Below, piece after piece: positions 1 to 7,647 of a stretch of DNA of 32,000 nt (its first letter is position 1; the number at the start of each line of letters is the position of its first letter). The position numbers and the translations under genes were made by a program. The DNA is from Alkanindiges illinoisensis DSM 15370 (lineage in GTDB: Bacteria > Pseudomonadota > Gammaproteobacteria > Pseudomonadales > Moraxellaceae), in NCBI RefSeq assembly GCF_000619845.1, contig NZ_JHUX01000009.1, forward strand, positions 75,019 to 107,018. The letters run 5' to 3'. The notes under the pieces are model-generated. The model had not been told where the DNA came from and did not search any database. It saw only the letters and a list, made by a program, of their open reading frames with translations.

Positions 1-369
1 TTTTAAAGTGAAATTGTATTTGCCACTCATGTTGTGTCCGTCTTTACCCATCGTTGTCCAGATCACGGTATAGGTAGAATCTGGGAGGGCAGGTAGCGCC
101 ACGGTATGAGCCATTTGAAGGTCTGATGTGACTTTATAATTTAGATCAATATTTTTCTGTTGAGTGTCAACCAGTTTAATATTCATCAGCATGACTGGTT
201 CACCAAAATTAAGTAACAGTTTGGTCGGCTGTGTACTAACCGTAGCATTAATAGCGGGAGATGCACTTTGTAGCGTGGTGTGTGCAAAAGCACTGGTGGC
301 TGCGACGGCAACTGCTGAAGCCAGGACGATGCTGCGTAGTGAAGTACTAAAGTGTTGACGTAAATTCAT
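1..369 (-). CDS. copC: Copper resistance protein CopC (periplasmic copper-binding protein); the 3' end runs off the window
   Basis: Absent from the ORF track because no stop lies inside the window. Reverse-strand ATG at 369-367 is preceded by AGGA. The translation MNLRQHFSTSLRSIVLASAVAVAATSAFAHTTLQSASPAINATVSTQPTKLLLNFGEPVMLMNIKLVD...TYTVIWTTMGKDGHNMSGKYNFTLK shows a signal peptide, a mature N-terminal His and a CopC/YobA-like pattern. It sits in a copper locus. Confidence 0.8.
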   Translation of the reverse strand, partial: MNLRQHFSTSLRSIVLASAVAVAATSAFAHTTLQSASPAINATVSTQPTKLLLNFGEPVMLMNIKLVDTQQKNIDLNYKVTSDLQMAHTVALPALPDSTYTVIWTTMGKDGHNMSGKYNFTLK

Positions 370-499
370 GAAACTATCCTGCCGCTCAAAAAATAAAGAC
401 TATTTGTATTGGAAAGACCAGTCCTAAAAAAAGATTGCATCTCGCCAATTCCTGAACTTTAGTATGTAAAGCAGAGCACGACGACTGAATGACTAAAAA

Positions 500-515
500 A
501 TTACATTCTTGTCAT
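500..515. promoter_or_regulatory. Candidate CopR/CusR-type operator (cop box 1), ATTACA-TTCT-TGTCAT
   Basis: Half-sites identical to the boxes at 1545-1560 and 3799-3814. The reverse complement ATGACA-N4-TGTAAT resembles published CusR/CopR boxes. It lies in the copC / Cys-rich protein divergent intergenic region. Confidence 0.6.
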
Positions 516-831
516 TTTTAATATGTCCTAAATATTAAGATTGGACGTTTAGAGGTCTGTCATTAGGCGAACTATCGACAAGAACTTTCTCATAATTTAT
601 TTAATTTTAGGGCTATACCCAATCCTTTGGTAAAGCCGAATTAGAGCTAAATTACAGTTGGCTAGTCTTATAAAAAATATTTTTACATTATTTGGGACTA
701 AAATTTAAATTAAAATATTGGTAAATTTAATAAATTTTACGCTTAGTAACTTAATACATATTCTGTATTCGGGTTTTTTTATTTAGCTTATTCGATATAT
801 CAATTTTGATGTTTAAATTTGGAGAGTATAA

Positions 832-1161
832 ATGAATAGTATTAACCTTTCAGAATGTGCGAAAGCCTGTGTGTTATGTTCCTTAACCTGCACTTCATGT
901 GCACATTTGTGCCTGGATGAGGATTCAGTTGAAATGATGCGTGAATGTATCAAGCGATGCTTGGATTGCGCTGATATCTGCGACTTATGTGCGCACGCCC
1001 AACAAAGAAATTCACCTTTTACCAAGGAAATATGTGAATTATGCGCTAAAATGTGCGATTACTGCGCGGAAGAGTGTAGTAAGCATGAGGTCGAACACTG
1101 CCAGCAATGCGCAGAAGCTTGCCGTAAATGTGCTGCCGAATGCCGTAAAATGGCCGCTTAA
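832..1161 (+). CDS. Cys-rich four-helix-bundle copper-binding protein (DUF326 / Csp3-YhjQ-like), cytosolic
   Basis: 109 aa with 21 Cys in repeated CxxxC/CxxC spacing (CVLCSLTCTSCAHLC...CLDCADICDLC...CELCAKMCDYCAEEC...CQQCAEACRKCAAEC). No signal peptide. GGAG lies upstream of the ATG, and the gene is in a copper locus. Confidence 0.8.
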   Translation: MNSINLSECAKACVLCSLTCTSCAHLCLDEDSVEMMRECIKRCLDCADICDLCAHAQQRNSPFTKEICELCAKMCDYCAEECSKHEVEHCQQCAEACRKCAAECRKMAA

Positions 1162-1182
1162 GACTGGTGCTTTTATATAAAG

Positions 1183-1207
1183 AGGATGCTTTCAAAGAAA
1201 GCATCCT
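1183..1207. terminator. Bidirectional stem-loop terminator (10-bp perfect stem AGGATGCTTT / AAAGCATCCT)
   Basis: Perfect inverted repeat with a 5-nt loop, 22 bp after the stop of the Cys-rich gene. T-rich flanks on both strands. Confidence 0.6.
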
Positions 1208-1544
1208 TTGGTTCTCTTATAGATAAATAAAAATTCAAAGATTTTCGACGAGACGTGATTGTAGGTATTATTGGTATTTTTTGCTAAAATAGAGATAAGG
1301 TGCGAAAAATAAATAAAAAACATATTTTTATTTAAATCCTCTCCTTTAAATTACTTAAAATAAAGTCTGATTTTTGAGTATTAAATTAAAATATATTTAA
1401 GTAGTAATCTTTCGTATTTAAAATATTGGATATTTATCTCCAAGAAATTATATTTTTAAAACCTGTAATTGCCCTATCATTAAAATGAAAATTATATTTT
1501 AACCGAATTATATTAGACCTAAGTAACGCAGGAGTGACCGTAAA

Positions 1545-1560
1545 ATTACATTTATGTCAT
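1545..1560. promoter_or_regulatory. Candidate CopR/CusR-type operator (cop box 2, orphan), ATTACA-TTTA-TGTCAT
   Basis: Same half-sites and spacing as boxes 1 and 3. It lies in a 525-bp gap between two convergent genes with no ORF of 60 aa or more. Confidence 0.5.
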
Positions 1561-1686
1561 TTATAAACTTTTGCTTTACCCCTACCAGCAAACTCATGGC
1601 GTAGGGAAAACATCATTTATTAGCCGAAAGCTTGACTTAGGATAAGCACTTTGTGGTTAAGTTTATTTTTACAGGTATTTGATTGT

Positions 1687-3063
1687 TCATGAAGCCTGTT
1701 TAAATAATTTAATCTTAAACGTCGTCTTTTCACGTTCTGAATCAACCTCGATACAACCGCCATGCGCCTCTACAATTGATTTGGTAATTGCCAGTCCCAG
1801 GCCTGCTCCCTCATCCGTTCTTCGTCTGGATGCATCAGTCCGGTAGAAGCGATCAAAGATTCGTTGCTGCTGGTCTTTACTGATGGTTGGCCCTTCATTT
1901 TGTATGGTAATTATTGTTGATGAGGCTTGCTGAACGATAACTACATGAATATCAGTCCCTGGCTTAGCATAGCGGAGTGCATTCGAGAGTAAGTTGCTTA
2001 AGGCACGCCTTAACATAAGTGCATCGCCCTGAATGGTTGCTTTACCGGAAGAAGCTAACTTCATTCCTTTTTCCGCGGCCAAAGCATCGTAAAACTCAAA
2101 AAGGGCTTGTACTTCCTGATCCAATTTTACTGGCTGCAAATTGGGTAGACATAGACCATGCTCTGCTTTAGCCAAAAACAACATATCAGAAATCATACGT
2201 GCCAAGCGCTCATATTCTTCCAGATTAGAAAATAGTACTTCCTGATAAGTACTAATATCTCGCTTTCGGGAAAGGCAGACCTGAGTTTGGGTCATTAAAT
2301 TATTGATAGGTGTTCTTAGCTCATGAGTTAGATCAGAAGAAAAATCAGAAAGCCTGGCTACTGCGGATTCCAATCGATCTAGCATTTCATTAAAGGCAAT
2401 CGCTAGAGATCTTAATTCTACCGGGATGTGATTAACTTCGAGCCGACCTGTTAAGTCCTGAGCGGAAATACCCTCAGCGACTCTGGCCATAGTATGCGCT
2501 GGGCGAATTCCTCGCCGGGCGGCAACCCATCCTAAAAGCATAAGCGTTAAGGTGCCAGCACTACCAATAATTAACAGCTGCTGGCGAAAATCATCTAGAA
2601 AAAGTTGGTGTTCGGTGGTGTCTATTCCTAGGATAATTTGATGACTATCCGCTAATTTTGTGTGAGGACTGGTAACGATCAGGCCACGAAAATTGTGTCC
2701 ATTAGTCTGCCATTCGGTCAATGGATTCTTTGCATCTTGTAAGCGCAATTTACTGGAGATGAGGGGAGGGTGCGAGCTGAGCAACAAGTGTCCGATCGGC
2801 CGTTCGATCTGTACCATAAGCCCGTGATGGCCAACCAACGCATCTTCAAGTTGTGTGGTCAGGAATAAATCATTATTGTGGTACTGCTTTAACAAATTCT
2901 CGATAAGTTCTACTTTACCCTCAAGTTGCGTATGATCCTGCTGTTCAAAGTGGTGCATGACTAATTGATGAATCACTATGCCCATAATCAGCAAAATAAC
3001 GATAGTGAACAGTGAAAAAATAAGACTTATTCTTAAGCTAATTGCGTTAAGCAACGGGGTCAT
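1687..3063 (-). CDS. copS: Heavy-metal sensor histidine kinase (CopS/CusS family)
   Basis: Two N-terminal TM segments, HAMP, H-box [14 protein letters not shown], and N/G boxes ([19 protein letters not shown]). I place the start at the ATG at 3063-3061 ([10 protein letters not shown]...), which overlaps the copR 3' end. The 3165 start in the track is probably an over-extension. Confidence 0.9.
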   Translation of the reverse strand: MTPLLNAISLRISLIFSLFTIVILLIMGIVIHQLVMHHFEQQDHTQLEGKVELIENLLKQYHNNDLFLTTQLEDALVGHHGLMVQIERPIGHLLLSSHPPLISSKLRLQDAKNPLTEWQTNGHNFRGLIVTSPHTKLADSHQIILGIDTTEHQLFLDDFRQQLLIIGSAGTLTLMLLGWVAARRGIRPAHTMARVAEGISAQDLTGRLEVNHIPVELRSLAIAFNEMLDRLESAVARLSDFSSDLTHELRTPINNLMTQTQVCLSRKRDISTYQEVLFSNLEEYERLARMISDMLFLAKAEHGLCLPNLQPVKLDQEVQALFEFYDALAAEKGMKLASSGKATIQGDALMLRRALSNLLSNALRYAKPGTDIHVVIVQQASSTIITIQNEGPTISKDQQQRIFDRFYRTDASRRRTDEGAGLGLAITKSIVEAHGGCIEVDSEREKTTFKIKLFKQAS

Positions 3064-3736
3064 CCTTAACCTCCAGCACATAACCCATGCCACGTATATT
3101 TTGAATAAGCCGGGTATCAAAATTATTGTCAATCTTGCTACGTAGCCGCTTAATGGCCACCTCAACTACATTTGTGTCGCTATCAAAATTCATATCCCAG
3201 ACCTGAGAGGCAATAAGCGAACGAGGCAATACTTCTCCACGCCTGCGCATAAATAACTCCAGCAATGCAAATTCTTTAGCCGTTAAGTCAATGCGCTGTC
3301 CTGCACGTGTTGCCCGGCGCTTTCTTAAATCAAGTTCCAAGTCTGCCACACAGATTACATCATCTTCTCGAAGCTGCTGGCCACGCCTAAGCAAGGTTCT
3401 AACGCGCGCCAATAACTCGGCAAATGCAAAAGGTTTGACCAAATAGTCATCCGCACCAAGTTCCAGCCCTTTAACCCGATCATCAATTTGGTCTTTTGCT
3501 GTAAGAAATAAGACTGGCATTAATTTTCCGTTGCGGCGAATCCCTTCAAGAACTGTCCAGCCATTCATGCCGGGTAGCATCACATCAAGTATGATCAGAT
3601 CATACTCTTCTGTGAGAGCCTGATGCTGACCCGATATCCCATCGGTGACCCAGTCCGTAATATAGCCAGCTTCGGATAAACCTTGCTTGAGATAATCACC
3701 AGTTTTTTGTTCATCTTCAACTAATAGTATTCTCAT
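3047..3736 (-). CDS. copR: OmpR-family copper-responsive response regulator (CopR/CusR)
   Basis: MRILLVEDE...[11 protein letters not shown] receiver domain plus a winged-helix C-terminus ([14 protein letters not shown]...IRGMGYVL). Coupled to copS. Confidence 0.9.
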   Translation of the reverse strand: MRILLVEDEQKTGDYLKQGLSEAGYITDWVTDGISGQHQALTEEYDLIILDVMLPGMNGWTVLEGIRRNGKLMPVLFLTAKDQIDDRVKGLELGADDYLVKPFAFAELLARVRTLLRRGQQLREDDVICVADLELDLRKRRATRAGQRIDLTAKEFALLELFMRRRGEVLPRSLIASQVWDMNFDSDTNVVEVAIKRLRSKIDNNFDTRLIQNIRGMGYVLEVKDDPVA

Positions 3737-3798
3737 TTCCGAATCCTAAGTCATTCATTAAAACTATAATAACGTTATAAAACATCTGATCGAGATAG

Positions 3799-3814
3799 AT
3801 TACAAATATGTCAT
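3799..3814. promoter_or_regulatory. Candidate CopR/CusR-type operator (cop box 3), ATTACA-AATA-TGTCAT
   Basis: Centred in the divergent copR / 3885-ORF intergenic region, with -10-like hexamers about 40 bp away on each side. Confidence 0.65.
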
Positions 3815-3884
3815 TTTCAAGTCACTTAGATGTTCAGTGCTTCACTTTATTGTAGTAGCAAGAAATTAACTTTTAGAGAAACTT

Positions 3885-4181
3885 ATGAAAACTGTAGTGC
3901 GTCGTAGTCTAACAATTTTAATGTGTGCTGGAACTTTAATTGCTGGTACTCAATCTTGGGCAAAAGATGTATCAACCTCAAGTGCCACTAAAACGGTAAA
4001 AGCACAGGAACCTTGTACAAAACCTTGTAAAATGGAAAAAGATGACAAGACTCAGCAAGATCATAGTCAACATCAGTCTCCTAACTCATCTGACATGTCA
4101 AAAATGGATCATTCTATGATGAATATGGACCATTCTAAAATGGATCATTCAAAGATGAATATGCCTAGTAGCAATAAATAA
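3885..4181 (+). CDS. Small secreted His/Met-rich protein, probable periplasmic copper-binding protein
   Basis: Signal peptide (…GTQSWA/KD). The C-terminal half is DHSQHQ...DMSKMDHSMMNMDHSKMDHSKMNM, i.e. repeated MDHSxM motifs like the Met-rich loops of CopA-type oxidases. It is the first gene downstream of cop box 3. Confidence 0.6.
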   Translation: MKTVVRRSLTILMCAGTLIAGTQSWAKDVSTSSATKTVKAQEPCTKPCKMEKDDKTQQDHSQHQSPNSSDMSKMDHSMMNMDHSKMDHSKMNMPSSNK

Positions 4182-4270
4182 TTTTATAAATAGCGAGAAA
4201 GAAGTATTAAAGTTTATACTAAATATTTGCTTTATTACTTCAATCTTGACCTTTCTAAAGGTGAGATAGA

Positions 4271-6154
4271 ATGTCAAAAAAGTTAAGTCATATACTCTTA
4301 ATTGGAGTTGGTTTATTTTCATCAACTTGGGTAATGGCGGCAGTTAAAGAATATGATTTAACAATCGCTGAACAAACTGTAAATATCACAGGAAAACCAG
4401 TTGAGAGAATTACTGTAAATGGTAAATTCGTTGCACCACTTCTTGAATTTGAAGAAGGTGATGAGGCCGTTATCCGTGTTCACAATAAGTTAAAAAATCA
4501 GGACTCTTCAATCCATTGGCATGGCTTATTATTACCTGGAATTATGGATGGTGTACCTGGATTTAACAAATTTAATGGCATTGCCCCTAATAAAACTTAT
4601 GAATATAAGTTTAAAGTCCGCCAAAATGGTACTTATTGGTATCATTCACATAGTAAAGGACAAGAACAAGACGGTTTATATGGTGCTTTTGTTATTTATC
4701 CTAAAGATAAAATTCCACTAACAGCTGCTGAAAAAACCGATAAAGATTACGTTGTTTTGCTTTCTGATTTTCATAATTCAACAAGTGATCAAATTATGAA
4801 AAATCTTAAAAAAGAAGCAGATTACTATCAGAACCGTCGCGAAACAGTATTCGATGTATTAAAACAAGTTAAACGTGATGGATTAAAGGCAACTTGGCAA
4901 GACCGCTCTATGTGGAATCAGATGCGGATGTTGAAAACAGATATGTCCGATGTGACTGGTTATACATTTTTAATGAATGGCAAAACACCTCAGCAAAATT
5001 GGACCGGTAACTTCAAAGCTGGTGAAAAAGTTCGCCTTCGTTTTATTAATGCTTCCGCTATGTCATTCTTTGATGTACGCATTCCAAACCTAAAAATGAC
5101 TGTAGTCAGTGCTGATGGTCAACCTGTAAAGCCCGTTCCTGTAGATGAGTTCCGTATTGGTACTGCTGAAACCTATGATGTCATTGTGGAACCAAAACAA
5201 GCACATTACCAAATTGAAGCTGAATCTATTGATCGTACCGGTTTTTCAGTGGGAACATTACATGAAGAAAGCAGCCCAGCAGTCAAACAAATTGAGATGC
5301 CTAAATCTCGCCCTCGTGCTTTATTAACTATGGAAGATATGGGGATGAGCCATGACATGTCATCTATGAAAGATATGAATCACGATATGTCTTCTATGAA
5401 AGGCATGGATCATGATATGTCTTCAATGAAAGGTATGGATCATGATATGTCTTCAATGAAAGATATGAATCATGATATGTCTTCTATGAAAGGCATGAAT
5501 CACGATATGTCTTCAATGAAAGGTATGGATCATGATATGTCTTCTATGAAAGGTATGGATCATGATATGCCGATGAATAGCGCTACTGTTAAGGCGGCTT
5601 CAGACAAGAATGATAATACCGTATTTGGATGGGCAAATGCTTCAACACCTGAAGGTAATAAAGCATTGCAATATAGTGATTTGCAATCGTTAGATCCTCA
5701 AAAAGACACTCGTGCAGCTGAACGTGAAATAGAGATCCGTCTTGGTGGAAACATGGAGCGTTATATTTGGACAATAAATGGTAAAAAATTTAATGAAGCC
5801 GACCCACTAGTGGTGAAGTATGGTGAACGTATTCGCTTAAAATTTGTCAATGACAGTATGATGGCTCACCCAATGCACTTACATGGCATGTTTATGCAGC
5901 TTGAGAATGGTCAGGATCCAAGCAATATGCCAAACAAACATACGGTAATTGTTCCACCTGGGAAAACGATAACCACTCTACTCACAGCTGATGAGTTAGG
6001 TGAGTGGGCTATTCATTGTCACCTGCTTTACCATATGAGTGCAGGAATGATGAATAAACTCATTGTAGCTCAAGTGGAAGATGGTAATTCTACAAAGACT
6101 GTTCCTCAGTCCCAAGTAAATGAGAAGGGAGTAAATCCACATGCACATCACTAA
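4271..6154 (+). CDS. copA: Multicopper oxidase CopA/PcoA
   Basis: All four MCO copper-ligand motifs are present: HWHG (SIHWHGLL), WYHSH, HPMHLHG, HCHLLYHMSAGMM. There is a long Met/His-rich insert. An in-frame stop 9 nt upstream of the ATG fixes the start. Confidence 0.95.
   Translation: MSKKLSHILLIGVGLFSSTWVMAAVKEYDLTIAEQTVNITGKPVERITVNGKFVAPLLEFEEGDEAVIRVHNKLKNQDSSIHWHGLLLPGIMDGVPGFNKFNGIAPNKTYEYKFKVRQNGTYWYHSHSKGQEQDGLYGAFVIYPKDKIPLTAAEKTDKDYVVLLSDFHNSTSDQIMKNLKKEADYYQNRRETVFDVLKQVKRDGLKATWQDRSMWNQMRMLKTDMSDVTGYTFLMNGKTPQQNWTGNFKAGEKVRLRFINASAMSFFDVRIPNLKMTVVSADGQPVKPVPVDEFRIGTAETYDVIVEPKQAHYQIEAESIDRTGFSVGTLHEESSPAVKQIEMPKSRPRALLTMEDMGMSHDMSSMKDMNHDMSSMKGMDHDMSSMKGMDHDMSSMKDMNHDMSSMKGMNHDMSSMKGMDHDMSSMKGMDHDMPMNSATVKAASDKNDNTVFGWANASTPEGNKALQYSDLQSLDPQKDTRAAEREIEIRLGGNMERYIWTINGKKFNEADPLVVKYGERIRLKFVNDSMMAHPMHLHGMFMQLENGQDPSNMPNKHTVIVPPGKTITTLLTADELGEWAIHCHLLYHMSAGMMNKLIVAQVEDGNSTKTVPQSQVNEKGVNPHAHH
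5351..5569 (+). repeat. 30-bp in-frame tandem repeat (7 full units plus a partial one) encoding HDMSSMK[DG]M[ND]
   Basis: Units at 5351, 5381, 5411, 5441, 5471, 5501 and 5531 differ only at a few wobble or D/G/N positions. Confidence 0.95.
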
Positions 6155-7061
6155 TAATTTGTTTTCAAAAACAACTTTGATGATTGCGCTATTTGGATTA
6201 TCAAATCTAACGTTCGCTAAAAATGAAACTCCTGTACAAGACAGTAATATTACAAAAAATATGAAAATTCTTTTACAGGAATCTGGAGGATTAAAGTATT
6301 CCCTTCAAGAGCGTTATCCAGAATATTATTCAATGGAAAATGCGAATATGGGGGATAAGAGTGTCCAGATTGCGCTTGAGAACTCTAACTCACCTCATGA
6401 CAATCATCTTAAAGAACATGGTGGACAAATTTATCAAACGACAAAATTTGAAAATGAATGGATGGTTGATGAAGACGGTAAGGGCAACCTAGGAACAAAG
6501 TTTGAAACTTTAATTGGAACAGATGAAAATCGTCTATTTATTGAAGCGAATTTGGATAAGCCAGAAAGCCATGACCCCAAATATGATGTGTCAGCACTTT
6601 ATAGCCGCAATGTAGAACCTTTTTGGGATTTACAAGCTGGGGTGAGATACAGTGAAGATAAAAATAACAGCAACAGCGATCGAGTTGATGGTGTTATTGG
6701 GGTATTAGGGCTAGCACCTTATTTCTTTGAAACCCAAGCTTATTTATATGGTGGGGAAAATAACTTTTGGGGAGCAAGTTTTGAAGTCGAACGTGATTTC
6801 TTGTTAACCCAGAAATTGATTACCCAACCTTACCTAGAAGTAGATGCTGTATTTAGTGATGATTCTAACTATGCTGCTAAATCAGGTTTATCAGAATTAA
6901 AAACTGGTATTAAAACGCGGTATGAGATAACTAAAAGAATCAGACCTTTTATTGATGTGGCTTATCAATATGAAAAAGGACAAAAAGCGACTAGTATGCA
7001 AGAAGCTACTGAGTCTGAAAAAGGTTGGAAATATGGTGCAGGTATCGAATTAGTTTTTTAA
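6141..7061 (+). CDS. copB: Copper resistance protein B (CopB/PcoB outer-membrane protein)
   Basis: Signal peptide (...SNLTFA/KN) and a C-terminal beta-barrel-like sequence ending GAGIELVF. The start overlaps the copA stop by 14 nt and is preceded by AAGGGAG. This is the classic copA-copB order. Confidence 0.85.
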   Translation: MHITNNLFSKTTLMIALFGLSNLTFAKNETPVQDSNITKNMKILLQESGGLKYSLQERYPEYYSMENANMGDKSVQIALENSNSPHDNHLKEHGGQIYQTTKFENEWMVDEDGKGNLGTKFETLIGTDENRLFIEANLDKPESHDPKYDVSALYSRNVEPFWDLQAGVRYSEDKNNSNSDRVDGVIGVLGLAPYFFETQAYLYGGENNFWGASFEVERDFLLTQKLITQPYLEVDAVFSDDSNYAAKSGLSELKTGIKTRYEITKRIRPFIDVAYQYEKGQKATSMQEATESEKGWKYGAGIELVF

Positions 7062-7078
7062 GGTAATATGACTTAGTA

Positions 7079-7110
7079 TCATGAATGATAGCTTTGGCTA
7101 TCATTCATGA
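7079..7110 (+). terminator. Stem-loop after copB (14-bp perfect stem TCATGAATGATAGC / GCTATCATTCATGA, loop TTTG)
   Basis: Perfect inverted repeat 18 bp after the copB stop. The downstream tract is only moderately T-rich. Confidence 0.5.
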
Positions 7111-7172
7111 AATTATTGCTATTTAATTTCGAATCTGTAAAACTAAAAAAGCTTAAATTTTGGTCTAAATCT

Positions 7173-7568
7173 ATGCAGTGGTTAAAGACATGCCTATCGC
7201 TGTTTTTATCGTTTGCTATCCTGTTCGTCGGATCGGCTGCTGTTGCTTCGTCTGTACATAAGCGGTGTTTAATGCCATCTGAACAGATGCAACCTATACC
7301 AATGGAAGCATCTCAAAATCAGGATACAATGCACACTGATTGTATGAAAGTAGAGACAAAGGCCAAAAAATCTTTACATGATCCATCCTGTATGTCTGAG
7401 CAGGAGTGCATTATGTCTTTTGCCAAGATTGCGTATACCCCTTCTCCGCAAGAATTTCTGTACGCAAAGGTGTTCCCTCCTATAGAGCGATCGGCTTTTT
7501 ATTCTCTGGATCAAAACCTTCCTGCTCCTTTTCCTTCTGTTCTCTGGAAACCTCCACGCTCTATCTAA
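7173..7568 (+). CDS. Hypothetical exported Cys/Met/His-containing protein between the pco-like and cus-like modules
   Basis: The track ORF is 7107-7568, but its ATG lies inside the terminator stem. The ATG at 7173 gives MQWLKTCLSLFLSFAILFVGSAAVASS..., a plausible signal or anchor sequence. I recognise no family. The assignment rests on position only. Confidence 0.4.
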   Translation: MQWLKTCLSLFLSFAILFVGSAAVASSVHKRCLMPSEQMQPIPMEASQNQDTMHTDCMKVETKAKKSLHDPSCMSEQECIMSFAKIAYTPSPQEFLYAKVFPPIERSAFYSLDQNLPAPFPSVLWKPPRSI

Positions 7569-7647
7569 TTTAATGATTCATCGTCATTCATAGCATTTTT
7601 ATGGATGTTCTGCGCGTGCGCGTGTATATCATTTTAGAGCTAAAAAT

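Noticed and set aside
164-358. 64-aa plus-strand ORF in the track
   Set aside because: It lies antisense to a much better supported copC reading frame (signal peptide, RBS, family pattern). It is a shadow ORF.
941-1180. 79-aa ORF overlapping the Cys-rich gene in another frame
   Set aside because: It lies entirely within or overlapping the well-supported DUF326-like frame, and it has no RBS or recognisable features.
1192-1323. 43-codon minus-strand ORF (MFFIYFSHLISILAKNTNN...) in the AT-rich gap
   Set aside because: Its composition simply mirrors AT-rich DNA (F/I/Y/K/N). The spacing to the putative SD is poor, and its stop lies in the terminator loop. It is kept only as a remote possibility under the orphan cop-box finding.
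5351-5569. The regular 30-bp repeats considered as a CRISPR-like array
   Set aside because: The repeats are contiguous with no spacers and lie in frame inside copA, encoding a Met/His motif. This is a coding tandem repeat, not a CRISPR array.
7107-7172. Upstream start of the 153-aa ORF given in the track
   Set aside because: The ATG at 7107 lies inside the right arm of the 14-bp terminator stem, and the first 22 residues are not signal-like. The ATG at 7173 is preferred.
7611-7629. Perfect alternating pyrimidine-purine tract TGCGCGTGCGCGTGTATAT (Z-DNA-prone, with a TGCGCG direct repeat) about 20 bp upstream of cusC
   Set aside because: It is striking as a GC spike in an AT-rich spacer and may overlap a -10 (TATAT). 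However, it is not a palindrome, matches no operator I know and is short. Evidence for function is insufficient.
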